A stretch of DNA of 64,000 nucleotides from Utricularia gibba. Taxonomy: Eukaryota > Plantae > Magnoliophyta. Both the position numbers and the translations under genes were made by a program. This document shows, in pieces, positions 51,303-64,000 of this stretch (position 1 is its first letter; each line of letters begins with the position of its first letter). A model generated the notes under the pieces. It saw only the letters and a list, made by a program, of their open reading frames with translations. It did no database searches and was not told where the DNA came from. The stretch is taken from the NCBI GenBank assembly GCA_002189035.1, contig NEEC01000019.1, positions 1,054,001 through 1,118,000 of the forward strand. Direction: 5' to 3'.

Positions 51303-52369
51303 CAATAATTTATATGTAAACTTAAATATAAATTTATATAACATAATATTGCAAAGCCTTCAAGTCTGATCACCGGCCATTCTTGTGAATCATTTATACA
51401 TTGGATTCATGACCTAATTCTTTAGATACGACCAATCCCCGGCAAGATGCAGTTTTGGAAAGGAAAACCGAAGCAGGAGTCGGAGTCTGGGTGCGATACC
51501 GCGGAAGTTGTCCCACAGGATTGCGTCGGGATGGGGTGATGCAGCGCATCGCGTCGCACCCACCACAAGCCCATCGTCACCCCGTGGAGCCCTTCCCCGC
51601 CGCCTGATTTTAAAGAATATCAAAATGAATTCTTGTAGCAGAGGCAGGCAACGGGAAGCCTTATCTCCTTTCGGCCGTCGGATCCAGAAAAGCGTCGATG
51701 GGGAGGTTGACTCCCCCCACTAGTGTTGTTGTCCAAAGTGAATCTTAGTGAGCAGTCAAGACAACACATGCATGTTTGGTTGGAATGGAATGGAATGTTG
51801 GAGATTACATACAAGCTGCAAATTCATTTCAACTATGTTTTTTTTTTGTTTTGTTTTAAATGGAATTGGAGTCAAATTATGTGCCTTGAATTGAATTCAG
51901 TCCAGTCGTCCTGTTGCTCCTTATTCAACAACACACATTAAAGGGTTCTAGAAAGAACACATGAGGCAGCTGTGATCTGATGGTACCCTTTTTCCTATTT
52001 GGAGGATGCAGTCAGTCAGTACAGCACAAAAAGGAACACTCACTATAATCAAACCTAAACGAGACAGAGGTAGCAACCAAGCACAGCACAGCCACAGCAC
52101 AGCACGCACACTATTTTATCAACATACAAAGAAGCGCACAAAAAATGAGGGAGGCATTTGATCACTCTTTTCCTTGGAGGAGCAGCAGGGTGGATGGATG
52201 GATTGAGCAGACCAATAAACAAGCTGACTGACGAATGTGGGGTGGATCGCATCGCCAGCTCGCTGTTATGTACAATCATCACTCGATCCTCCCGGAGAGT
52301 CAGCACGGATTTGAAGCCAAGAGGGGGAAGGAGGGAGGAAGGAGAACAATGGCAATCAACCAGCGAAGT

Positions 52370-55300
52370 CTAAACCCATGCGAGGGAGCCTCGATCTCCA
52401 GCGACTTGGGTGCGCCCCCGGGTTGGCGTAGGAGGTCGATTCGCATTCAGTTCCTGAGACACACGATGATGGAGGGAGGGGATTGATTATACATTATAGC
52501 CTTTGATGAGGGTGACAAGTGATAACCATACCTGCATCCATGTGTCCTCGATATGCCGCTCAGGGGAGGTCGTCTCTGGGGATGACATTGCCGGTGGCAA
52601 AGGATGGATGAGTTTGGGTACGACAACTAAATCTCTACCCAAAACCAGGATAGCACCAGCATTATTCGCTGTACCTGAATTTGGTAGTGTGGTGGGAGGT
52701 TAGACTGGGCAGCCACCCGGGGGTGAAAAATATGGGAAGTTTATCAACACATACCGCAATAGTTAGTGGCAGAAAAGAGGGTTATCAGATGTCCCTGAGC
52801 AAATCTTTCAAATCCATCCATCACGCACTCATGAGCTCGAACAATCAACTGAAGGTCATTGTTATTGCAGAACTCCATTACACGGTCCGGCTGTAACACA
52901 GAAAATTCAATAATATATACTCAGGCAAGCCAGTGTAGAGCAAAAGGGGCACAGAGATGAAATGACTTAGAGATATAAAATTCACTGTCTAGACGGCACA
53001 ATGACGAGTTCAGATGCTCATGAGGCATGATTCATTATTTCAGTCCATAAATCATAACATGTCATACTATCCCCAACGCAATCATTGTTGCTAATGGTTG
53101 TGTTATGCTAATGCTAAAAACCGTGAATTGCATGCACAAAAAGAGGAATAACACAAAAGCAATAAACAGTTATGGAACCATAAGAAAAAAGAACCCAAGA
53201 AAGAAACACCCACACCAAAGGTTACTAGACCAGGCCCTCTTGCATTTGGCCGAAGACCTTCTACACTGTCATTCTCGGTGGGATCGGACCTATAGCAAAT
53301 ATAGATGCCAAAAATCAGTGACGGAAAGTTTAATGTTGATACTAAGCACACGGATAACAAACAAGAACTAACCAGAGCAAGTCCATCAGAACGATGGATC
53401 CTGCTTCCATTGCTATAGGGCGTTGAATACTCTCGATCTGTTCTACATGATTGATTGATCTCCCAATACCACCATGCATGCAAATAATCTTTTTCTCAAT
53501 CAAAGCAGCCAGAGGAAGCCAATTGAACAAGCGGTTCATCCGATGCCAGACCCAGATCCCATCCCTCTCACCCTTTTCAAAAACCAAAGCAGAATTTTTA
53601 TTTTTATATCACTATTAAAAAAAAAAACCTTTCTAGAGAAATGCTAGTTTACCATACGCTCAATGCACTCAATTCGAAAACCAAAAAGTGCATTAATCTC
53701 AGCAGCTTCATGGTTTCCACGTATTAAGTGTACTTGATGAGGATGCTCAACCTGGAAAATCATATATTGTAGATGCATATAATTGCGTAGCAGGTAAACA
53801 ATAAACTCATGAACAGAGCAAGTTGCTACAAGAACAAAACCTTCAATGCTAGGAGAAGAGTTATGGTTTCCAGGCTGTGTTGACCACGATCAACGTAGTC
53901 CCCCAAGAATAGATAATCAATGTATCTGAGTCATCCACTTAAACAAGGTTAGATGGTGTCCAAAAATTTATTGATCAAGTAAAAATAATTTCATTTTTTC
54001 GGATATCTGTCACATATGTTGAAGCTGTAAAAAAAAACATGAAGTTAAAAAACATGTAAAAAAATAGCCTGAGCACATACGCAATGTCTCCTGCAGTAGA
54101 AGGTGACCCATACTCATCAAAAAGTCGCATAAGGTCACCAAATTGTCCATGTAAATCTCCAAACAATTTAATAGGAGCCTTCAGCTGTAATACTGTAGGT
54201 TCACTTGCAAATATTCTTTCTGCATTGTCACAAAGATCTGCGATCTCATTGAAATCCAGAAAAAATTGCCTTTGGACTGGAGGCTTCCATCCACGAGGCT
54301 TTAAAAGATGTGCCAACACCTGGAATATAAGTCACCACAAATGTTTGGCAAATCCACTCATAATGAAAAGAAAACGACGTATTGCCACAAGACTACAGCG
54401 GTAACATACCTTCTTTGGAACACTAGTGATGGACATTTGCCGGTCGAAAAGTTTTCTAGCTGCAACCGCACTTTCTGGAGTTCCATAGCTGACCCTCCTA
54501 CCTTCGTGTTCAAACTGATCAATCGAAAGTTGTCTGACCATGCCCCCTAAGGCACCGCCTGCCTCAGCAGTGACAAGCACCTGCAAACGCAAGACACATG
54601 AACAAACACCTCAAATGTATATGAAACTACATTATGTTTTCTAGGCACTGACAGCTCGATGATGAAGCCTGACTCCAGCTGGAACAGACGCATCTGGGAG
54701 TGTAGAATCAGGTTTGCTAACAGTAGGTGCTGATTTTGCACCAGGAGAGGCTTCTGTGCTACTGTCTTTATCAGACAATTCAGCGTCACCATTAGTTTGT
54801 CGAGCTTTGGCAGCTGCCAGTGTTGCACAAATAGCCTCTGCCTCAGCAGCTGCTGCCTCAACTAGGTATTCAACACCTTCACTTGATCTTCATAGCATCA
54901 CCAGTAACTAAGTGTCAATAAGGCAAAAAATTATGAGCAGAAAGAAAATCAACGTGCCATACCTGGAAGCATGAAGTATGGCATTTTCTGTGCTTATGTC
55001 TGTATATACATCCCCATTTATAGGAGGGGCAACAGGACTACCAACCACTACCGCACCATTGCACAGACCATCATTTACAGATACGCCATTCTTGTCATCT
55101 GCAAACCCATATCTACTTTGGTCTCTCCCCTGCTGCATACTAGGCATAGATGCTGCAGCAGCTGCATGAGAGGCTGCACTAGTTGTCTCAGCAGCAGCCA
55201 AGTCTTCCGCAACAAGCAAGTCATCCAGTAATACCCCTGCACAAATTTTTTCTAGTGTTAAACATAGAGCAAACCCTCAATTAGCAGTATTCAAGACAGA

Positions 55301-58300
55301 AAACAGCAGAGAACATGTAAATATAAGAAACGCTCCTAGAAAAAATCGTTGAGCACACGGGACCCAAAAGCTAAACACATAAACACGTGTAACAGAATTT
55401 AGAAATAAAAAAAGGCAGCACCAAGATGGACTTAAATATGAAACGGAGACATGCAACAGATCATCACACAAAATATAAAATTTTCTCGTTTCAAAAATAA
55501 TGGGGAGTATATTCCTTAGACAAGAGATTGCGCAGATAATGCAACCAAGCATCTCCTATAAAAGCTATTTGCATGCTACAGGAGAACTAAATCCAAAATG
55601 GAGCTCTCAATCCAGGTTCTCTTCATTAAAATCATCAAATCTCATATGAAAACAAAGCTGCAGAACCAATATAATTTGCATAAACGAATGATATCTTACC
55701 ACCACGTAGGCCACCATATACAAAAATTAGGTCACCAACTGCAGCAGCAGCATGCCTACAGCGTCGTGTCAATTCAACTGCAGCATCCCCCCCAGCCGCA
55801 TCAGCACTGTACCTTCCAATCCTAGGGCTTGTAACCACAGACTTTGTGTCACACCAAACCCCAGCAGCAGTGTCCAAAACTGTTCAATATGAGAAACCAA
55901 TCAAATCAAAAGCTGCATCACCGCATTGACTGCATACTCGGTTCTTTAATCATGAAAAATTCAAACATATAACGATGATTTTTATTCAACAAATCGATAA
56001 TTGCCTTACCTGCAACACTAGAGCAGTCCTCCACCATGCGTCCACCACCAAGAGCTCCACCAGACACATGTAGCCGTGCATTAACAAATACCTGTCAACA
56101 TTATACAACCCCAAGTGTTTTTTTAAACATGCAAGAGGATTCATGTGCCGACAAAGCAGAGTAGCAGGGACTTTACAGCAGCATGCTGATATCTTGGAGA
56201 GGGTGAGACACCCGGAGCAATTGCCCACTCCCATCGGCCATCCCTGTGTTTAGCAAGGCCATATGCACCTGCCAATGGCTGCATGGAACAAACAATAAAC
56301 CGAAAATTAGTGAATAACGTTAAGGGATTGTTCCTGTGTGATCATGACATCAAACAACCGAATCTAAAAATTTCATATTCCATTACGTAAACATAAGAAT
56401 GGCAGAAAAAAACAAGAATCTTATGTGGGATCTGTCACGGAACATTTTTGTTACATATAGAAAGGAACTAACAAGTGCAACCTCTTAACCATTGAAGTTC
56501 GAAACTACTGATAAAGGCAAAGATAGTTCCAACTCACCACACTATTTGCATCCCTTCCACCACAGAGCAGGAGCAGGCCATCAGAGCGTGCACTTGCATT
56601 AGCATACCTGGGTGTAAGAAAGAAAGCTAATTAAAAAGTTCACCGTATTTTCATAGAAATCTCATAATAAAATCTGGAATCCCCATACACAGCGCAGAAC
56701 TAATGAAAAGCAAAAAAATCATTCAAAAGCTGCTGGATGCTAAAGATTTCCGGTACAAACCTTGATATGCTGCCAGATCAAGAATAATCTCTTGGATCCA
56801 ATAGCATCCAACCAAACTCACATATTCACATGAAAGAAAAAAAAGTAACTTGTGGCCATGCTCTTACATGCAAGGAGGTGGACCTTCACCCTCTGGTTCA
56901 ATTTTCCGCCACTCATATGGCTTGGCAGCAGTGTCAAGAGCCCATACGTCGGCCAATGGTCGTTTTCCTAAAGAGCACAGACCGAATTAGTTCATTGCAG
57001 ACAACGACATACAAGAATTACCCAAAATAATTGGAAAATGCAAACCATCATTTCCACCAATTGCCATGAGATATCGTTGTCCAACCAATGCCATAACATG
57101 ACCATAGCGAGGGCCTGGTCCCAGACCATTGACCACAACTCTAGGCAAAGTACATTTAGATGTAAATACGGAAACAAATGAATAAACTTTCAAAGACTTT
57201 TCAGGTATAGTAGCATCATTATCATGATTTAAAAAAGATGAGAAACCTGTGCCATCTAGGCCTTTGTTGTGTGAGATCCAGAACATGAAGGTCTTCGGCA
57301 GACAAACCTGATGGCCCAATTCCACCCTGCCGTTGGTTACAATGTCAGGGCATACTATATTCATAATGGAAAAAACTGTAAAAAGGCATTCAAGTAATCA
57401 ATAAAATGGTGACATTGAGATGGAAACACGTGAAACCCTTGTACCATTTTCTAAGGATCGAAATGATTCATGCATCTAACTTAATCTTGTGAGAAAAAAT
57501 TGCAATACTATATCCATGAATCAGCAACCTGGATAACAACCATGGTGCCAACAGCTGTTGCCACATGGGCTGCTCTTGGTGTTGGTGGTTCTCCAATTGG
57601 CGTGATTCTGTTGGTAACAAACCCTTCCATATCAGAAAAAGTTCAAATAATAGGAAAAAAAAAGGAATTTCAGAAGTCAATAAGACATAATGATTAGTAA
57701 TCAACATTACCGAGACCATTTATTTGTCAAAACATCATAAGAGTGCGCATCAGCAGTTGCCCCAGCTAAACCTGTAATGGGAGTTGCAATGTAGTTATTA
57801 AAATCCAATAAAAAATTATCCTACAGCATTTTCAGCCTAAAGTCAGATTTAATGGGACTCATAATCATAGCTGCATTCATTGTTCTCCTGAACTATCTTT
57901 TATACACCAAATTCCCTAGGATTACATGCATACCGTACTAAATAATGGAAATAAGGGGTGTAAACAGCAAAAGCAGGCACTATAGAGCTCAATGCAGTTC
58001 AAGCCCACTAAAACAAGATCCCCTTAACTAAACCCAAGATATCCTTCCCATTTCTGTAAGGAATAAAATCTCAGTAATACAGCGCTCTGCATCTCTGCTC
58101 TGAGCATCAGCGAGCAGATGCAGTAAACGGAATTTATTTATCGACTCTGGTGCATTTCATTAAAGGTCATACCAAATCTGAAACGAAATCATTTCAAGTT
58201 AAAGCTCACGACTGTAAGCATCACATAGGACCAGTTCATATCCCATACCACCAGCATACTGTAAGATCTTCCTTCACCGAAATAACACTTAAAATCAAAG

Positions 58301-58755
58301 TTCATGAAGGGATAAGACATACGAATTCCTGCACTTCCGGCCGATGTTGGAGTTCCAGACCCCGCTGAGTTTCCTTCAAGGGCAGTCGCCCCTCCGAACA
58401 GAATCAGCCTCGGGCCAATATACCCAGGACTCCCTTCCTCGCCAACGGCAGGAACAGCCGTCAGCGTGTGTCCACATCGTGGACCAGGACCATCTTCCTT
58501 CTTTTCAATAATTGCGTTCACGACACTATAAGTTGGCGCACACCGCGGCCCTGGAAGAGCAGCACCGAAACCACCGGCGCCAGGGTTGCTACTGCAATTG
58601 TTGAAATTATTACTCGGCTGCTGCTGCTGCTGTTTCTGTTGAGGCGTCGAAGCTTCCGATTCAGTTGGGTTATTGTTGTCAGCCTGATTATCCGGAATTG
58701 GACGCGCAGATGGATCGTAATCCGCCTCGGACGCCATAGTTGAATCCGCGTCCAT
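52370..58755 (-). CDS. BSL: BSU1-like Kelch-repeat Ser/Thr phosphatase (BSL2/BSL3 type), multi-exon
   Basis: [15 protein letters not shown] start; Kelch [13 protein letters not shown] and [18 protein letters not shown]; PPP motifs [41 protein letters not shown]; ends [17 protein letters not shown]. Confidence 0.96.
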
Positions 58756-59209
58756 TGGAAATGAACCCCACGCAAAACTTTACACCAAGATTGGAACCCT
58801 GATCATCAAAAATCCCCCTTTTCTTCCCACCTTAATTCTTTCTGCAACCAACGCCCTAACTCAAGAACAAGGAAAACGAAGAAAAAGGAAATTTTCTTTT
58901 CCACCGAAAAAAAACTCCCTCTTCTCTTTCTCAGCAGCTCTTTGTCGTGGAACCCGACCCGTTCTTTATTATTTTTCTGACTGGTGTCCGTGAAAAATCA
59001 CCCCACAATTAAATAAATCAATAATAAAACACATTCCAGATGCGAAAAATTGCACAAATATTCATTATTATTTATCCAAATACATAATTGGTCCATATTT
59101 CTCATCAAATATAAATTTATTTAAAAATTAATAAATTATATTCATAAAAAACCCAAGCCTCACGGTGCCGGGTTTGTAGGAGATGATCAGCTGACGAATG
59201 TCGAACAAA

Positions 59210-59604
59210 TCAGTTAACCGCTACGAGAGGAAACCCTCTCCAGTACCCCGTCTCCTCATCCAAACCGTACAGCAATTCATCCTCCGCAATCATCCACCGG
59301 CAAGCGGTACGGCACCGATTGCCGTCGCGCTTGACGGTATACGCATCGAACTGGTACCAAACGGAGTTCCTCCACTGGACGTAGCAGTAGAAGAGCGTCG
59401 TCCCCCAGAAATTCACATCGAAGCTCCAGGTAACGCTGTCCCCTCCTCCAAGCTGCGATACCCTAGATCGTCGTCTGTTGATTGGCAATGCAAATTCAGG
59501 CGCGTTCCTTGCCCCATCTGGTTCATTACCTGTACGTGGATCCTCGATTCGGCTTGAATCGCCATGAGTGTCATCAAGAGGATTCCACTGCAAAGGGACT
59601 TCAT
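59210..59604 (-). CDS. S-protein homologue (SPH, Papaver S1-like secreted protein), interrupted by a 1-nt frameshift at about 59440
   Basis: Signal peptide MKSLCSGILLMTLMAIQAES; LNLHCQSTDDDLG; then in another frame WSFDVNFWGTTLFYC...RCRTACRW (4 Cys in total). Adding one base to the cccc run at 59440-59443 restores a single ORF. Confidence 0.85.
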
Positions 59605-59873
59605 TCTCTAGGGAAACTGAAATTGAAGCCGGAGGAATGATCCCTTTCTTATGCGACGGCGATCAATTTTCCCGCGTTCGCGTTTTCAAGTCAAGAGTGT
59701 GATCAGCTACCAGCCTTTTCTTCTGAATGGTAAATAATTTATGATTTTTTATCATTTAAAATATTTTAATTTATGCTAAATTTTAGATAAATTTTGGTTC
59801 AATTTCGGTAATTTGCCGCCAAAAATCTGGAATAATCGCTATTTTCATCATTTATAAATGAATTTTAGGAGGC

Positions 59874-61143
59874 TTAGTGTTTGAACCTGGTGACAAGATA
59901 CACCTGGACGCAGGGAGAATTGGTCCATTCATGGGAGTGCAGCTTCAAGATTTCCCGCGCTTTCATCTTCAGATAATTAGCACAATCGGCCTGCAGCACC
60001 ATGCACAGCTTCGCCACCGCGTTCGCCCGCAGCATCTCCACCGCCACCTCACGGCTCACTGTGAATCTCGCGATGTGTTCGATCACGGACATCCCCCGAT
60101 CGTCCACCACGGCGGAGATCCGCAGGATCCGTTTCGCCACCACAGCGAGCCCCGCTGCGTGCTCCATGACCTTCTGCCGGCCCTCTGCGCAGGAGCAGAG
60201 ATGGGCTAACAAGCAGAATATTGCTTCAGTGGTTCGCTTTTCCGGGGAGTCGAGTTCCAGTTCGATGGCCGCGAAGATGGCTCCGGCTGATATTAGTTTC
60301 GATTTGTTTTGAATTGAAGTGGTAGTTTGTAGCAGGATTTGGAGGATTGCTCTTGCGGATCTTTCCGATGGCTTGTTGAGTAGCAAACCTACCATTTTGG
60401 TGAAGAAACTGGGATCCAGTGCTGCTTGAAGAGATGCGTCTGCAACTTCCATGGCGGTTTTTAGGACTTCCAGGGCGGTTGTTTTCGCTGATTCCGGTAG
60501 CTCTGTGCTCACAACCCATATCAACGCTTCCACTAGCTCTCTGATCTGATGTCCGAATAAATAATCAGATCAAACAATCAATTTGCATCGATTTTATTTA
60601 AGGAAAGGAAGCTTTTGGACAAACCTGAAAAATATCCCCTACCGGCAACCACACACAGCGGAGGATCTTCAACGCTTCTTCCAGCCCCTGAGTTCTCTTT
60701 TCCCGGAACCCCATCACCACAAAACCAATAACCGCCTTCCCGGCACCGGCCTCCTTCATCAACCGCCGGTTGGCATCACTCCCTCCGGCGAGCTCCTCCA
60801 TTTTCTTCAACACGCCAACGTCATTCTTCCTATTCAAATCGTGAATCATCTTCTCAACCACCGCCCTGCCGATCGGCGGCCTCGCGGTGGGAATCGCGCC
60901 GATCCTATTTTCGTCGCACCAAGAGCGGATCATTCGGAGGAGGACGTGGTTGGGTGTGAGGAAAGAATCCGGCGGCAGCTCCTCCTTGGTGACGGGGCAT
61001 ACGGCGGCTCTAGACAACCACTTTTCGATGCTCTCCCGTTCGTAAGTTATTCCCGTGACGGCGGTGACGGGATCCTTCATTAACTGGAGTGAAATCGGGC
61101 AAAGGAAATACTCAGGAACCTCCTTTTCAGACTCGAACTCCAT
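59874..61143 (-). CDS. U-box/ARM E3 ligase, PUB22/23/24 type; 2 exons
   Basis: U-box VPEYFLCPISLQLMKDPVTAVTGITYERESIEKWL...CPVTK...LTPNHVLLRMIRSWC. C-terminal LCSCAEGR...AAGLAVVAKRILRIS...KLCMVLQADC. The two ORFs join through a GT-AG intron at 60546-60624. Confidence 0.9.
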
Positions 61144-62203
61144 GGACGGAGAAGAAGAGGTGGGAAACTGCTCGCTCGACTACACATTTAAATATTCAAT
61201 AAAACACACTAAAAAAAGACGGCCACTCAGAGACTGATAATACTTTTATTAAAATATATAATTTAAATACTTCATTTTATTTTAATCTTATTTTCGTAAT
61301 CATATTTTAAATATAAAAAAATTAATTAAAAATGGTTAATTAAAATTAATGATGTGCAGGTTTTTCTTTATTACCCAGTGTAAAAAACATTAAAAAATTG
61401 AAATTTTGAACAGACGGTGGGCGGAAACTAAGGATATTCCCACTTTTGATTGACTGCATATGACGTGGAACAATCTCAGCCATTCATCTGTCCAAGTCTC
61501 CGGTTGCTGTCAAAGCAACCAAAACGACTTTGAACTTGGAAAATTCCAAGTCTGCAGCCGTATGTGTTTAAATTATGTTTTTCATTAAATAAACTTGACT
61601 AACCGTGTTTGTTATTTGTGACATTTGAATATTAATAAAATAAAATAAACGAATATATATGATTATACAATATTTTTATTTTAAATATCTAAATCTCATG
61701 ATTTTGCATTTTGGTATTATACGAGATTAAAAATATATTTTTTCTATTTTAACATATAATTTTTTTTATTCACAATCAATATAAGATATCATCATCATCA
61801 TAAAACAATATTCTTATATTCTATCTTTTTTAAAAAATTAGTCTACTCATTGTGTGCCTTCTTATCTCGTCATTGATAGGTACTTGGTTTAATTCTGATA
61901 TCAAATATCACAACATACATTAATTTTATATAATATTCATTTTGAATATTTAATTATCATTATTTTATGTTTTTTACTTTTGACATACACATTTAGAAAG
62001 ATTCCTTATTTAAACACATCTCCTCTTCTTCTACTGTAATCAAGGTGGCATATTGTCATACACCATTGGCCTCACATTTTAACATGTTGATGTTTTTTTA
62101 AAAAAAAATTGAAGGACAAGAAAGTAAAATTAAATATAATTTCTATTTTGTTTTGTGTTCAACTTTTTATCTCTTCGGTCGTAGTGGACTGATGTTTTGA
62201 GCG

Positions 62204-63716
62204 ATGGCGGAATCGTTGACGACGACGTCAAAGCCTACTACGGCGGAGGATAACCGCATTCACGTGTTCTGGCACGATGGGATGCTGAATCACGATACGG
62301 GTAGGGGAGTATTTGATACGGGTATCGATCCGGGTTTTCTCGACGTGCTCGAGAATCACCCAGAGAATTCGGATAGGATCAGGAACATGGTCTCGATTCT
62401 GAAAAGGGGACCGATTTCGCCGTTTGTTTGCTGGCACCGTGGGAGGCCTGCTTTGATTTCCGAATTGCTGTACTTTCACACCCAAGGTGAGTCTTTTTTT
62501 CGGAGTTTTTACAGTTGTTGACTGTGGCGAATGCGAATTTTGGGCGATTTCGTTGTATTGGCGAATATAATTTGGACACTAGCAGTGAATTCAAAAAGTC
62601 AGCAGCTTTGTTCGGATTTTTTGTTTGTTGCACCTATTCTGCTGTTTGGATTGGTGATCTTCTGCTGTCTACCTCGTTGATGCATCCACCACTTTTACCA
62701 TGATTACTCCTGCTACTGAATTAGTTGAAATCTGTGATGCAAGCATACGTTGAGGAGCTACAGAATGCGGACGAATCCGGCCCCAAAACCATCTGTGCAG
62801 GGACTTTCTTGAACCGGGGATCATTGGATGCTGCAGTTCTCGCAGCCGGAACCTCTTTATCAGCAATGCAGTACATTCTCGATGGATATGCCAAAATCGC
62901 GTATGCCTTGGTGCGTCCCCAGGCCATCACGCACAGCCAACTCAAGCAGATGGCTACTGTTTCTTCAACAATGCAGGTATTGCAGTGGAACTAGCTCTCA
63001 GGTCTGGAATCAGCAGGGTAGTTGTCATCGACATTGATGTCCATTATGGAAATGGAACTGCTGAAGGCTTTTATCGTACTGATAACGTCCTCACAATATC
63101 ACTTCACATGAACCATGGATCATGGGGACCCTCCCACCCACAAACCGGAAGTGTCGAGGAGCTCGGCGACAACACTGGTTTTGGGTATAACTTGAATATA
63201 CCATTGCCCAATGGAACAGGAGACAGGGGCTATGCTCATGCGATGAATGAAATATCCCTCCCTGCTGTCAACAAGTTTAAACCGGAGATGATCGTTCTTG
63301 TGGTTGGCCAAGATTCCAGTGCTGTAAGTTAAACGTTCCATTTGCAGGATCAGAATCAGAAAACCATCATATTACATGGTATTTGAACTCACCAGTTTGT
63401 TATCCTCCGTGTTTTTCAGTTTGATCCAAACGGAAGACAGTGCCTGACGATGGAAGGCTACCGGAGAATCGGCCAGGTGGTTCGCGAAATGGCGAACGCC
63501 CACAGCGACGGACGTATTCTGATGGTGCAGGAAGGAGGATACCATGTTACATATTCAGCTTATTGTCTACACGCTCTGCTGGAAGGTTTGCTTGCTGTGC
63601 CTACTCCTCTTCTCCCCGATCCCATCGCCTATTACCCTGAAAATGAAAGCTTTGCCATCTCCGCCATAGCCTCTATCAAGAAGTATTTACAGGAGTCGTC
63701 ACCCCTTTTCCGGTGA
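62204..63716 (+). CDS. HDA8: Histone deacetylase 8 (HDA8-like, RPD3/HDA1 family), 3 exons, with a 1-nt frameshift at about 62920
   Basis: VFWHDGMLNHDTG...HPENSDRIRNMVSILKRGPI; ALVRP[P]GHHAQPTQADGYCFFNN (needs one extra C at 62917-62920); DIDVHYGNGT; VGQDSS; QEGGYH. Introns 62487-62743 and about 63325-63420. Confidence 0.9.
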
Positions 63717-63793
63717 CTTCATGGCTCTTTTTGTTGAATTACTGCATTTTAATTCCAAATATTCAAAATATTTTCATATCTTAGTATAATTAA

Positions 63794-63817
63794 ATATATA
63801 TATATATATATATATAT
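63794..63817. repeat. (AT)n microsatellite
   Basis: About 12 AT units. Confidence 0.9.
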
Positions 63818-64000
63818 TATTTTAAATTTATAATCTTATCCAGTGATAAAAAAAACATAAAATTAAGACCCACCAATCACCATCAAGATACTCAAAGTCA
63901 ATCTTTCTGTGTCTGATTGAACCATTGAGAAGCATCCAAATATTGTTACTTTCATTTTTAATAATAAGATAATGATCATACCATTGAGTGTTGATCTGAT

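Noticed and set aside
59877-60312. Plus-strand ORFs over the U-box gene
   Set aside because: Antisense shadows of a GC-rich coding exon.
21845-63716. Co-location of AGO4, SERRATE and HDA8 as a possible silencing gene cluster
   Set aside because: They are interspersed with unrelated genes, and the neighbourhood matches my recollection of ordinary conserved eudicot synteny. No shared regulatory signature was seen.

Overview
Gene-dense eudicot plant nuclear DNA, with about 20 protein-coding loci in 64 kb, many 60-100 nt introns and short intergenic spacers. This suggests a miniature genome such as Lentibulariaceae (inference only). Order: homeodomain protein (+), signal peptide peptidase (-), P-class PPR (+), PH-RhoGAP (-), SF3B6/p14 (-), decayed glycosyltransferase-like pseudogene (-), PLS-E PPR (+), AGO4 (+), FANTASTIC FOUR-like (+), RING-H2 E3 (+), DGS1 (+), cyclin B1 (+), BTB/POZ-MATH (+), SERRATE (-), His-rich RcnA/NiCoT-like membrane protein (+), EIN3-like (-), BSU1-like Kelch phosphatase (-), S-protein homologue (-), PUB22/23/24-type U-box (-), HDA8 (+). 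I see no convincing wholly new multi-gene system, CRISPR array, rRNA or tRNA. The best leads are: (i) three genes each broken by a single missing base in a G/C homopolymer, probably assembly errors; (ii) a glycosyltransferase pseudogene possibly split by the SF3B6 gene; (iii) a 26-bp CGCG/ACGT tandem array in a promoter; (iv) a probable gained intron in a U-box gene; (v) an orphan promoter followed by a C/D-box-like RNA; (vi) a Tourist-like MITE; (vii) a poorly characterised metal-transporter-like gene. All family assignments come from motif recognition and memory; no database search was run.
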